This document shows positions 21,390-30,200 of a stretch of DNA of 64,000 nt, one piece after another (the stretch's first letter is position 1; the number at the start of each line of letters is the position of its first letter). The position numbers and the translations under genes were made by a program. This stretch comes from Myxococcales bacterium (GTDB lineage Bacteria > Myxococcota_A > Polyangia > Polyangiales > DASUME01): assembly GCA_047601445.1 (NCBI GenBank), contig JASGJH010000001.1, positions 3,456,001 through 3,520,000 of the forward strand, read 5' to 3'. The notes under the pieces are model-generated. The model was not told the origin of the DNA, ran no database searches, and saw nothing but the letters and a program-made list of their open reading frames with translations.

Positions 21390-23434
21390 ACACACGCCGC
21401 ATCGCCATCGCGGTCACTCTGACCGCCTTGCTGACCATCCTGTTCATCTGGCTGTCGGGAGAATCGCCGTTGGCGCAGATCTCGAAGCTGGAGGGCGGAG
21501 TGGACCGCGATCGCAAGGGTTCCGAGGAGCAGTGGTTCACAGCGAACCTGGGGGACGAGCTGTCGCTCGGGGACGCGGTACGTACGGCCAAGCAGAGCCG
21601 CGCCAAACTCGTGATGTCCGAGGGCACCGTACTCGACGTGGCGCCGAGCACCATCGTGCGGCTGCTTTCGGATGCGCCCAAGCGCGAGCGCTTCCGCGTG
21701 GAGAGCGGCTCGGCGGAGGTCCAGGCCGGCGAGAATGCCGTGATCTTCGAAACCGCGCGCGGCACCGTGCAAGTCGAGCGCGGCGCCAAGGTAACCGTGC
21801 GCGAGGAAGAAGACGGAAGCACCTGGGTACGTGTCGACATGGGGCGCGCGCAGATCGGCTGGGAAGAGAGCCAAAAGGTGCTCATGGCCGGCCAGGAACT
21901 GCGCTCATCCAAGCCCAAACTGAAGACTCCCGCGACGTCGACGAGCTCCACTGCGCCGGCGCTCGACAAGGCCCGCGCAGCCGAGCAGGTGCCCACCCGC
22001 GAGCCCAAGCCGGCAAGCGACCCCAGCGCTGCGAGCGAGCCGAACAGCACGCGCGAACTCGGCGCGAACCCGACGCCCCGCAAGCCCGACGCGCCCTCCC
22101 CTGCCTCGCAGGGCATGGCGGCCCGCGTGCGCGGCAATCAGGTGAAGGTCCAGGCCAAAGGCGACAAGACCGCGCGTGGTATCGCCGAGGGCGATCACGT
22201 GCTCGCCGTGGGTACCCTCGTGACCGTCGACGGCACGAGCTCCCTCGAGCTCACCCAGGCGGAGGGCGGCAGCCTGGTGACCCAGGGCAAGACCTCCTTG
22301 GTGGTGGGCGACGGTAGCAAGGTGGCCACGCGTGTCCTCAACGGAAAGCTGCGTGCCGAGGCCGGTCGCGTGCCGCTCGAGGTCGAGGTGCCGGGCGGGC
22401 GCATCCTGCTCATGGTGGACGACAAGGGCGGCGCGGCAGGCTCGATCCAGACCGCCAAGACCGGCACGCAGGTGAGCGCCGAGCGGGGCAACCTGATGCT
22501 GCGCGGCAAGGACAAGGAAGAGCGCCTTTCGAAGGGATCCCAGGGCTCCTTGAGCACCCGCGGCCTAGCCGCTGTCGATTACCATCCCCCCAGCATGCGC
22601 GACATGATGCTCACTGCGGGCGTGTCCACGACGGTGCACGACCCGCAGCCGCCGACCGCAGTGGCTTTGCAGGTGGGGACCGCATGCGGAGGCGACGCCA
22701 CCCTGGTAGAGCAGCAGACCGCGCGGGGCTTCCAGGTGCGCGGCGAGACCCGCGACCAGCTGCTCCTGTGGTTCGGGCAAGGCACCACGGCCTATCGACT
22801 GCGCTGCCAGAGCGAGGGCGGCGCGCCGGGTAAGATCGTGGCCAATGGGCGCGTCCAGGTCCAACACGACGGCGCAGCGCGCCGCGTAACCAAGCGGGCG
22901 CCGGAGCTCGAGCTGGATCTCGATGGCCGCAAGTACACCGCGGTGTATCAGACCCTGCTGCCCAAGGTGCGCGTGCGCGCTCCGGCCGGCCTCGCGGGCG
23001 AGGCGAGCTTGCGCGTGGAGGGCTCGGGCCCGACCAAGACCTTCAAGCTGCTGGCGAGCGGGCTCACCCTCGAGTCCGGACAACTCGGCGAGGGAACCCA
23101 TAGCTTGAGCTTCGTCGGCAAGAGCGCTGCGCCTGCCAAGAAGCCCACCACGCTGGTGATTCGCTTCGATAATTCCGCGCCTGCGGCCTACCTGGAGGGC
23201 GAAGGCGCGCTGAAGCCGGCCGGCGACGGCAGCGTGGAGATCAGCGGCGCGGCCCTGGACGACAGCCAAATTACCGTGGACGGCAAGCCTGTCTCCCTCG
23301 ACCGCGCAGCGCGCTTCGACGCCCGCGTGGTGCCCGACCCCAAGGCGCGCGGTGTCGGTTTGTGGATTCGGCATCCCCGCCTGGGTTCCCATCACTACGT
23401 GCGGCGCATCCAAGGGCGGGATCAAACGCCATGA
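21386..23434 (+). CDS. FecR-domain membrane-anchored periplasmic protein (probably two FecR-like domains)
   Basis: ATGA overlap; N-terminal TM; LSLGDAVRTAKQSRAKLVMSEGTVLDVAPSTIVRL FecR signature; Pro/Ala linker; second similar beta region; Ig-like C-terminus. Confidence 0.75.
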   Translation: MNTRRIAIAVTLTALLTILFIWLSGESPLAQISKLEGGVDRDRKGSEEQWFTANLGDELSLGDAVRTAKQSRAKLVMSEGTVLDVAPSTIVRLLSDAPKRERFRVESGSAEVQAGENAVIFETARGTVQVERGAKVTVREEEDGSTWVRVDMGRAQIGWEESQKVLMAGQELRSSKPKLKTPATSTSSTAPALDKARAAEQVPTREPKPASDPSAASEPNSTRELGANPTPRKPDAPSPASQGMAARVRGNQVKVQAKGDKTARGIAEGDHVLAVGTLVTVDGTSSLELTQAEGGSLVTQGKTSLVVGDGSKVATRVLNGKLRAEAGRVPLEVEVPGGRILLMVDDKGGAAGSIQTAKTGTQVSAERGNLMLRGKDKEERLSKGSQGSLSTRGLAAVDYHPPSMRDMMLTAGVSTTVHDPQPPTAVALQVGTACGGDATLVEQQTARGFQVRGETRDQLLLWFGQGTTAYRLRCQSEGGAPGKIVANGRVQVQHDGAARRVTKRAPELELDLDGRKYTAVYQTLLPKVRVRAPAGLAGEASLRVEGSGPTKTFKLLASGLTLESGQLGEGTHSLSFVGKSAAPAKKPTTLVIRFDNSAPAAYLEGEGALKPAGDGSVEISGAALDDSQITVDGKPVSLDRAARFDARVVPDPKARGVGLWIRHPRLGSHHYVRRIQGRDQTP

Positions 23435-25170
23435 ACAGGCTGGCCAACGACCAAGCGGGCAAGGTCGTCCTCGGTCGCTATCGACTGGTGATGCCGCTGG
23501 CGAAGGGCGGCCAGGGCATGGTGTACCTGGCGCGCGGCGAAGGCGCGGCGGGCTTCACGTTGCCCGTGGTGATCAAGCGCGTGCTCACGCCCATCGCCAC
23601 CGACCCGGAGTCCATCGAGCGCTTCGTGCGCGAGGCTCGGATCACCGCGCAGCTGCGCCATCCGGACATCGTGTCCATCCTGGATTTCGAGCAAGAGTCC
23701 GACGACTCCTATGTGATGGTGCTGGAGTACGTCCACGGCTACGACCTCGCCAAGTGGACCCGCTTCGTGCGCGCCGACTCGCGCCCCTTCCCCGCCGACC
23801 TGGGCGCCTATCTCACGATTCGCGTGCTCGAGGCGCTGCACCACTCGCACTCGCTGCGCGCTGCCGACGGCACACCCACGCCGGTGATCCACCGCGACGT
23901 CAGCCCCGGCAACGTGCTGATCGACGAAGACGGGCACGTGAAGCTCACCGACTTCGGCATCGCGCACTCCAAGTCCGACCGCAACGACGAGCAAAGTTCG
24001 GGGTCGGGCACCAAGCCAGGAATTCAGGGGAAAATCGCGTATATCTCGCCGGAGTTGTACCGCGGTGGACCGCCCTCGGCGCAGAGCGACCTCTACGCCT
24101 GCGCCGTGATGCTGCACCAGCTCCTGGTAGGCAAGAACGAGTTCCAGGCCAAGGATCTGGTGAGCACCGCCATGCGCGTCGTGCAACACGTGCCCACCAA
24201 GGTCTCCGAGCTGCGGCCCGACGTGAGCCCGGCCGCGGCCGCCGTGATCGCGCGCGCGCTCGCCAAGGATCCCAGCCAGCGCCACCAGAGCGCCCGCGAG
24301 CTCAGCGTCGACCTGCGGCGTGCCTTCCAGCTCGATCTTGGCGAGATGCCCGAAAAGCTGCTGCGCGCGGTGCGCCAGGACTTCTTCGATCCACGCTTCC
24401 CCAAGCTGGCGGAGGTGCTCGATCTCGCGACCATCGATCGCGCCTGGCGCGAGGTGCCCGCCGCGCGCCCACTCTCGAACTTCCCGCCCTCCACCGCATC
24501 TGCGAGCGGAGCCGCGCTCAAGCCCGTAGCACCCGCTGCGAGCGCCGGACTCGAGCTGAGCACGACCCTGGCCGAGGTCGACGCCGACGCCTTACCCAAG
24601 GACAGCGCGCAGGCTGCGCCCAAGCGGTCGGAGAGCCTGCCGTGGATGCTGGCCGCGGCCGTGGCCGTGGCGGCTGCCATCGCGTTCGTGGTGACGCGCC
24701 AGAGCGGCCGCGAGAACCGCGTGGTGTTCGTGGACGCCCGCGAGAACGCCGGACCGAGCGAACCCGCGGCAGCCGCGGAGGGACCGACTGAAACAGCGAG
24801 CGCCAAGCCTCCCACGCCGCCCCCCATCGTCGCGCCTGCCAAGGAGACGCCGGCCACGAAGCCGAGTGGCGAGACCAAGGCGCGTGCCGATGACGATGTG
24901 CAGGGCCTCACACGGGCCTTTGGCGCACGCCGCAAAGAAGTCGAGGCTTGTTTTACCCAGCACAGTGCAGCACTCGAGGGGGCCCCTCGCGTGCAGGTGG
25001 ACTTCGAGATCTCGGCCAAGGGCGTGGTCACCGGAGCAGGCCTCGATCCGAGCGCCATCGAGAACACCGAGCTCGGCCGCTGCATCCTGAAGGTGGCCTC
25101 GGCCACGCGCTTCCCGAAGCAGGCCGGCACGCTGCGCTTCCGCATCCCGCTCACGGCGCGCGGTCAGTGA
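23431..25170 (+). CDS. Hanks-type Ser/Thr protein kinase with TM helix and C-terminal TonB-C/AgmX-PglI-like domain
   Basis: ATGA overlap; LAKGGQGMVY, VIKR, RFVREA, HRDVSPGNVL, TDFGIA, GKIAYISPE, SDLYA; TM WMLAAAVAVAAAIAFVV; tail EVEACF...VDFEISAKGVV...LGRCIL...RFP...FRIPL. Confidence 0.92.
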   Translation: MNRLANDQAGKVVLGRYRLVMPLAKGGQGMVYLARGEGAAGFTLPVVIKRVLTPIATDPESIERFVREARITAQLRHPDIVSILDFEQESDDSYVMVLEYVHGYDLAKWTRFVRADSRPFPADLGAYLTIRVLEALHHSHSLRAADGTPTPVIHRDVSPGNVLIDEDGHVKLTDFGIAHSKSDRNDEQSSGSGTKPGIQGKIAYISPELYRGGPPSAQSDLYACAVMLHQLLVGKNEFQAKDLVSTAMRVVQHVPTKVSELRPDVSPAAAAVIARALAKDPSQRHQSARELSVDLRRAFQLDLGEMPEKLLRAVRQDFFDPRFPKLAEVLDLATIDRAWREVPAARPLSNFPPSTASASGAALKPVAPAASAGLELSTTLAEVDADALPKDSAQAAPKRSESLPWMLAAAVAVAAAIAFVVTRQSGRENRVVFVDARENAGPSEPAAAAEGPTETASAKPPTPPPIVAPAKETPATKPSGETKARADDDVQGLTRAFGARRKEVEACFTQHSAALEGAPRVQVDFEISAKGVVTGAGLDPSAIENTELGRCILKVASATRFPKQAGTLRFRIPLTARGQ

Positions 25171-25312
25171 GGCCGTGCCTGGGAGCGACACGCCGAGTCG
25201 CCTACATGGCCCCATGCGACGCCGGAGGGATCAGCCCCAAACTGCCCGAATTTTGGCGCATCAAGGCCTGCCCGAGAGTCGGAGCATGCATGATAGAGTT
25301 TCGATCGAACCC

Positions 25313-26386
25313 ATGATGTGCACACGCCCAGGGCGTACCGCGCGCGAACGCGCGTCACGAGCGAAGGACGGCGGGCCTCAGTCGCACGCCTCTCTCCTGC
25401 ACGCCCCGCGCGCCGAGCGAGCGCCAGCGCTTCGATACGCGCTCGGGGTGGCGAGCCTGGCTCTGTTGCCCGCGTGCGGCTTCATCGGCTTCGAAGGTCA
25501 CACTCCGGACGCCAGCACGACTCCCCCGGGAATGCCCGGACACGACGCCTCCACGAGCATGGACGCCGCCGTGCATGACGCTGCGCCCGAGCCCGGCATC
25601 GACTCCGCTGTGATCCCCGACACGGGAGTGCCCGTGGCAGACGCAGCACCCGACGCGTTCGTGGATCCCGATCCACCGGCGACCCGGGTCAACGACTACT
25701 GCGTGTCCATCCCGCGCTTGCAGCGCGATCCCGTGATCGACGGCAAGGTGGACTCGCACCTCAACATGGTGGACCTTCAGCCGAAGGGCTGGGCGGGCTA
25801 CAAGAGCGCGCCGCTGCCGACCCACACCACGGCCACCTTCGCCTTCGCCTGGCGTCCCAATGGGCTCTACGTGTTCATCCACGTGGTCGATCCCAACCGT
25901 TTGCCCCCACCCGCCGACGCCTTCATCTGGCAAGGCGACGGTGTGGAGGTCTACTTCGACACGGATGGCCAACATCCGAACGCGCCCGAGTACGAGAACC
26001 CGGGCACGATCCAGATCATCGTCGAGGCCCCGGCGGACAACACCACCCCCGCCACGCGCAGCGAGCGCTTCTCCAAGGGCGCCACCCAGGGCAACTGGGC
26101 CTCGTCCGACTACGCCACCTTCCCCACGGACGACGGCTACGTGTTCGAGGGCTTCGTGCAGGCCGATGCGGTGAACGCGTCGAGCCTGATGTTGCAGCGC
26201 GACAATACGGTGGGTGTCGATCTCAGCATCAACGTCTCGGTGCTCGACGATCAGGTCGACGCTGGCGTGGGCGACGTGCTGCGCCTGGGCCAGTACTTCC
26301 TGAGCACCAGCGCGTCCACGCCGAGCTGCGGCGGCCTGCCGTTCTGCGATTCGGCCGCGCTTTGCTCGCCCATGCTGGTGGACTGA
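25313..26386 (+). CDS. Lipoprotein with CBM9-like (DOMON-type) sugar-binding domain
   Basis: Lipobox LLPAC; PDA-rich linker; PVIDG, AWRPNGLYVFIHVVD, WQGDGVEVYFD, GYVFE, VGVDLSIN. Start uncertain. Confidence 0.7.
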   Translation: MMCTRPGRTARERASRAKDGGPQSHASLLHAPRAERAPALRYALGVASLALLPACGFIGFEGHTPDASTTPPGMPGHDASTSMDAAVHDAAPEPGIDSAVIPDTGVPVADAAPDAFVDPDPPATRVNDYCVSIPRLQRDPVIDGKVDSHLNMVDLQPKGWAGYKSAPLPTHTTATFAFAWRPNGLYVFIHVVDPNRLPPPADAFIWQGDGVEVYFDTDGQHPNAPEYENPGTIQIIVEAPADNTTPATRSERFSKGATQGNWASSDYATFPTDDGYVFEGFVQADAVNASSLMLQRDNTVGVDLSINVSVLDDQVDAGVGDVLRLGQYFLSTSASTPSCGGLPFCDSAALCSPMLVD

Positions 26387-26489
26387 CGCAGACGCGGGCC
26401 AAGGCCCGAATGGAGCGCAGCCATGCAGTCGCGCGTTCGGCTCGCGCGCCGGCCGAGGATTTCGGTCGAAACGGCGTCCGCTTGGACGC

Positions 26490-28097
26490 CTAGTCTTCGA
26501 GGCGCGCCTTGGCGGTGGTGCTGCCCTTGCGCGCCGCGCCTTGCCAGGCGTCCTTGGCGAGACCGGGCTTGCCGGCAGCCTTGTAGGCGTCGCCGAGCAG
26601 CACCTGGTAGCTCACCTGCGCAGGACGCAGCTTCACCAGCTGCTTGGCGAGGTTCACGGCCGCCTTCCCGTCGCGCTGCAAGATCGCGACCTGCACCAGG
26701 CCCGCCAGTGCGCGCGGGTAGCCCGGATACAGAGCCAGCGCATCGCGATACTTGGCACGCGCGGGGGCGAGCTTCTTCTTCCTGCGCAGCGCGTGGCCTT
26801 CGTTGACGAGCTTGTTGGCCTTCCCGGCCACGGCCTTGCGCGAAGCGTCGATCTCCACATCGGCGTCTTCCGCGTCGGGATCCGCTTCCGCCACGGCCCC
26901 GGATGCGCTGTCGGTGGCGGCTGGCGCAGCTGCCTCGCCCTCGGGGGTCGGTGCGTCCGCCGGGGGAGCAGGCGCCTCGGCCTGCGGGTCCACCGCGCCG
27001 GCTGCGGGCTCGGACGGCACGGGCTCGGCCGCTGCCGCAACCGCCGCCGCGCTTGCCTCAGCGCGGGGTGCTTCGAGTGCCGCGGGTGCGACCGGCTCGC
27101 TGGGCTGCACCGGAGCAGGCGCCGCCAGCTCGACCTTCTGCTCGGATTTGAGCGCCACCTCGGTCGCGTTGGGTAGAGTCGGCTCGCCCACCGGCAGACG
27201 CCACGTGAACCAGGCCGCTGCCAGCGCCACCGGGATGGCGGCTGCGAGGCCGTAGCCCAGTGCCGAGCGCGGGCGCGGAGCAGGCTCGGTGCTCGGCACG
27301 TGGCGGCGCTCCAGGGTCGCCGCCGGCAGGTCCTCGAGCTCGTTGGCAGCGCGCATGGCGGGCGCGACCGACGGCGCATCCGCATCGGCCGGCGACAGCT
27401 CGCCCAACGATACGTCCTGCGTGCGATCGCTCTCGGCCTCCCGGGAGTTGGCCCGAACCTGCACTTGGCTCTCGCGCTGGGTCACCGCTGCCTGTGGAGG
27501 CGGCGGCAGGGGTGAAGTCCGCGCCGGCGTATCGGCCGCGAAGATCCCCTGCGCCGGAGGCTTCTCTGCGGTCGCCACGCTGGGCAGCGAGGCACGGGGG
27601 CCTGGCGCGGGCAAACCAGCAGGTTGGACAGCTCCCGACGGGGCTGCGGCGCTTGCCGTCGGCGCACCGACGCTCGCGGTTGAGCTGGGCGCGGCGACCG
27701 CGGCAGGGGCTTCCTTCGGCTGCGACTTGGAGGTAACTGCCGGTTCCGGCTTGGAAGCAGCCGGCTCACCCGCCTTGGGCGCGGGCTTCTCCTGCCCCGG
27801 CATCGCCACCGTGGGCAGACCGAACAACGTCTTGCTCTGCGCGGCGCGAGGACGCGGAGCCGGTGCGCTCGCGCGGGCACTCGAGACCTGGACCCGCGCA
27901 GGTGTCTCGGCCAACGAAACCGTGGCGTCCGCGACGGGCTTTCGGAGGTTGAGCGTGGGCTTCAGGTCCGCAAACGACACGGTCGCGTCGGCGCTGGTTG
28001 ACGCCGGCTTCAAAATTGGCGAACCAGATGCCGACGGTTCATCTCGGAACTCCGCCGGTACGGTCCAGCCCTCGCGCGGTGTGGGTCGATGGGACAC
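26490..28097 (-). CDS. Membrane protein with long Pro/Ala-rich linkers and C-terminal TPR repeats
   Basis: Low-complexity N-terminus; one TM (YGLAAAIPVALAAAWFTW); TPR-like ARAKYRDALALYPGYPRALAGL...LVKLRP...LLGDAYKAAG. Confidence 0.7.
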   Translation of the reverse strand: MSHRPTPREGWTVPAEFRDEPSASGSPILKPASTSADATVSFADLKPTLNLRKPVADATVSLAETPARVQVSSARASAPAPRPRAAQSKTLFGLPTVAMPGQEKPAPKAGEPAASKPEPAVTSKSQPKEAPAAVAAPSSTASVGAPTASAAAPSGAVQPAGLPAPGPRASLPSVATAEKPPAQGIFAADTPARTSPLPPPPQAAVTQRESQVQVRANSREAESDRTQDVSLGELSPADADAPSVAPAMRAANELEDLPAATLERRHVPSTEPAPRPRSALGYGLAAAIPVALAAAWFTWRLPVGEPTLPNATEVALKSEQKVELAAPAPVQPSEPVAPAALEAPRAEASAAAVAAAAEPVPSEPAAGAVDPQAEAPAPPADAPTPEGEAAAPAATDSASGAVAEADPDAEDADVEIDASRKAVAGKANKLVNEGHALRRKKKLAPARAKYRDALALYPGYPRALAGLVQVAILQRDGKAAVNLAKQLVKLRPAQVSYQVLLGDAYKAAGKPGLAKDAWQGAARKGSTTAKARLED

Positions 28098-28261
28098 TGC
28101 TACATTCCCCCAGTCGGGATCGATTGTACCGAAGGTCCACGGCGCGCTTCACGTGGATGTGCTCACCATTTGTTGGTTTTTCTGTTCGCCTGGGCGCCCA
28201 CCCATGCGCCTCATGTGCGATGCGAGCCCACGGGTCAGGACCCTCGCGCATGGCGATCCGC

Positions 28262-28687
28262 TCAGTTGGAGGCCAGTAGCGCGAGCAGATTGCGAACGGC
28301 GATCACCATCAAGAGGATGGAGCCCGAGGCAAACACCACGAACCTGACCGGCACGAAGTTGACCGTGCACTGGATCAGGGAGTGCAGCACGCGAGCCCCG
28401 ACGTAGGCCCAGGCCAGGGCCACATTGAGCCCGTCGGCCACGCCCACCAGGTGACTGTAGAGCAACAGCGCGTAGAAGAGCGTGGGCTGCTCGTGCAGGT
28501 GGTTGTAGTTGTCGGCGATCTGCTGCACGGGCACCGGCAGCACCTCGAGATCGGACTTGCGCTTGATCTTGGTGGCGTCGACCCCTGCCCTACTCATGGC
28601 CGGGAGACGCGTGGCGTACATCCAGAACCAGATCACGAATGTCCACAGGATGAGGGCCAACATCGGGGTCAGGATGGTCATGGGCAT
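28262..28687 (-). CDS. MAPEG-family membrane protein
   Basis: WMYATR, ADNYNHLHEQPTLFY, LAWAYVGARVLHSLIQ, RF..F motifs; four TM helices. Confidence 0.88.
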   Translation of the reverse strand: MPMTILTPMLALILWTFVIWFWMYATRLPAMSRAGVDATKIKRKSDLEVLPVPVQQIADNYNHLHEQPTLFYALLLYSHLVGVADGLNVALAWAYVGARVLHSLIQCTVNFVPVRFVVFASGSILLMVIAVRNLLALLASN

Positions 28688-28767
28688 GCTCCGCAGTCGG
28701 GGATAGCGAATCCGGCAGGCATAGTCGGGAGAGCACGGGAAGACTAGGATTTTGCGTGGGGGGAGCG

Positions 28768-28956
28768 GGACGAGGAGGACGAACACGGCCACGAGGACGA
28801 GGACGCGCACGACGACGATCACGCGCACGATGACCTTCGATCACGTCCACGTCGCCGACGCCGTCACGGTCCACCACCACGTCCCCGTCCCCGTAGTCGT
28901 GCGCGTGCGCGTGCGCGTGCGCGTCCTCGTGTTCGTGTTCGTGTTCGTCCTCGTTT
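28768..28956. repeat. Hexamer-periodic imperfect inverted repeat ((NNSACG)n ... (CGTSNN)n), copy C
   Basis: Left arm GAGGACGAACACGGCCACGAGGACGAGGACGCGCACGACGACG; right arm CGTGCGCGTGCGCGTGCGCGTCCTCGTGTTCGTGTTCGTGTTCGTCCTC; translates to VRVRVR/TRTRTR/HEHEHE junk ORFs. Confidence 0.85.
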
Positions 28957-29198
28957 TCGCGCTTTTCCCCCGATTCGTCTCCCCCCTCTGCAACACGTGC
29001 CACGGGACTGCCTCAAGCGCGTGAAATGCTCGTGACGTGGGCACTCTGCACTCAACTCTCGCGCTACATCCCGGCCGATCGCGGTTACAACCGCGTGAGG
29101 AAGACTCAACCCAGCCTGCCATTTCGGCGCGCACACAACACACGGCAGACACGCAAGGTCTGCGCGGACCTTTGAGAGAACCCCAGCGGGAGGATCGC

Positions 29199-29837
29199 AT
29201 GAGCAGCTTCATGGAAGCTCTTGAAGAGCAGCGGTGGGACGACCACCGCTACTACCACCACAACCGGATCAATCAGTCCCTTCACTTCATCAGCTCCTGC
29301 AGCTTCGTCGTGATGTACGTGCTGTTCTTCACCCAGCCGGTGGCGGGTGTGCTGCTGGGGTGGCTGGTCGGCATGGTCACGCGCCAGAGTGGGCACTTCT
29401 TCTTCGAGCCCAAGGACTACGACGTCCACAACCAGGCAACCCACGAGTACAAGGAGCAGGTCAAGCTCGGCTACAACCTCAAGCGCAAGGTCTACCTGTT
29501 CATCGCGCTGGGTCTCGCCACGATCTGGTTCTTCGCGGATCCGACGCTGTTCGGCCTGTTCGAGATGTACACGGACCGCGACAGCATGATCAACAACCTG
29601 GCCAAGGTGTGGCTCGCCGTGGGCGTCGGCGGTCTCCTGTACCGCACCATCCACCTGTTCTTCCTCAAGGACATGCAGACGGGCGTGGTCTGGTTCGTGA
29701 AGATCCTCACGGACCCGTTCAATGACATCAAGCTCTACCACAAGGCGCCCATGCACTTGCTCCGCGGCGAGATGTACGACCCGAACGGTCCGCACCGTCA
29801 CCGCAACGCCTCCAGCACCAAGTCGCACGCAGCCTGA
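29199..29837 (+). CDS. Mpo1/DUF962-like His-rich membrane protein
   Basis: GGGAGG RBS; EQRWDDHRYYHHNRINQSLH, RQSGHFFFE, TDPFNDIKLYH; several TM helices. Confidence 0.65.
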   Translation: MSSFMEALEEQRWDDHRYYHHNRINQSLHFISSCSFVVMYVLFFTQPVAGVLLGWLVGMVTRQSGHFFFEPKDYDVHNQATHEYKEQVKLGYNLKRKVYLFIALGLATIWFFADPTLFGLFEMYTDRDSMINNLAKVWLAVGVGGLLYRTIHLFFLKDMQTGVVWFVKILTDPFNDIKLYHKAPMHLLRGEMYDPNGPHRHRNASSTKSHAA

Positions 29838-29873
29838 ACCGCGCCTCCGCGCAGGAAGCCTGCCCGACAGCAC

Positions 29874-29910
29874 GAAAGGTCGCGCCTGGAATCAGGCGCG
29901 ACCTTTCTTT
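29874..29910 (+). terminator. Rho-independent terminator
   Basis: Perfect 15-bp stem GAAAGGTCGCGCCTG / CAGGCGCGACCTTTC with GAAT loop and a T-rich 3' end, 36 nt after the stop of 29199-29837. Confidence 0.85.
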
Positions 29911-29951
29911 GTCTTCGGATCGTGGCTGTGAGCGTGGCCGCACCCTTGATG

Positions 29952-30133
29952 GTGGCCGCGCTCGTGAACGGGAACGATACGGTGAACGTGATCGACGCCG
30001 CGCGGCGATCAGAGAGAGGTAGAGCCGCTTGAGCGTGCAGCCTGGCTGCGATGTTTGGACGCCAGCAGCGGGGCTTGCAGGCTGGTTTACGGCCCGATCG
30101 ATCACGGCCAGGGGTGTTCCCGCTCACGGCCAC
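29952..30133. repeat. Imperfect inverted-repeat element, copy B
   Basis: 29952-30011 matches the reverse complement of 11911-11970 at 53/60 nt. Degenerate right arm TCGATCACGGCCAGGGGTGTTCCCGCTCACGGCCAC at 30098-30133. Lies between convergent genes. Confidence 0.85.
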
Positions 30134-30200
30134 GGGAGGGCACGCCGCAGGTCCTTGGGGCCGCGTTGCGAGCCCTCAGGCGTCCCCTGGCACCCGGCGT

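Noticed and set aside
28590..29212. ORFs with HEHEHE, VRVRVR or TRTRTR tracts, including the extended MAPEG N-terminus
   Set aside because: They are translations of the hexamer repeat in different frames. The MAPEG domain starts at about 28687.
11790..30140. CRISPR array or integron attC interpretation of the repeats
   Set aside because: No regularly spaced direct repeats with unique spacers, no cas or intI gene, and no cassette arrangement.
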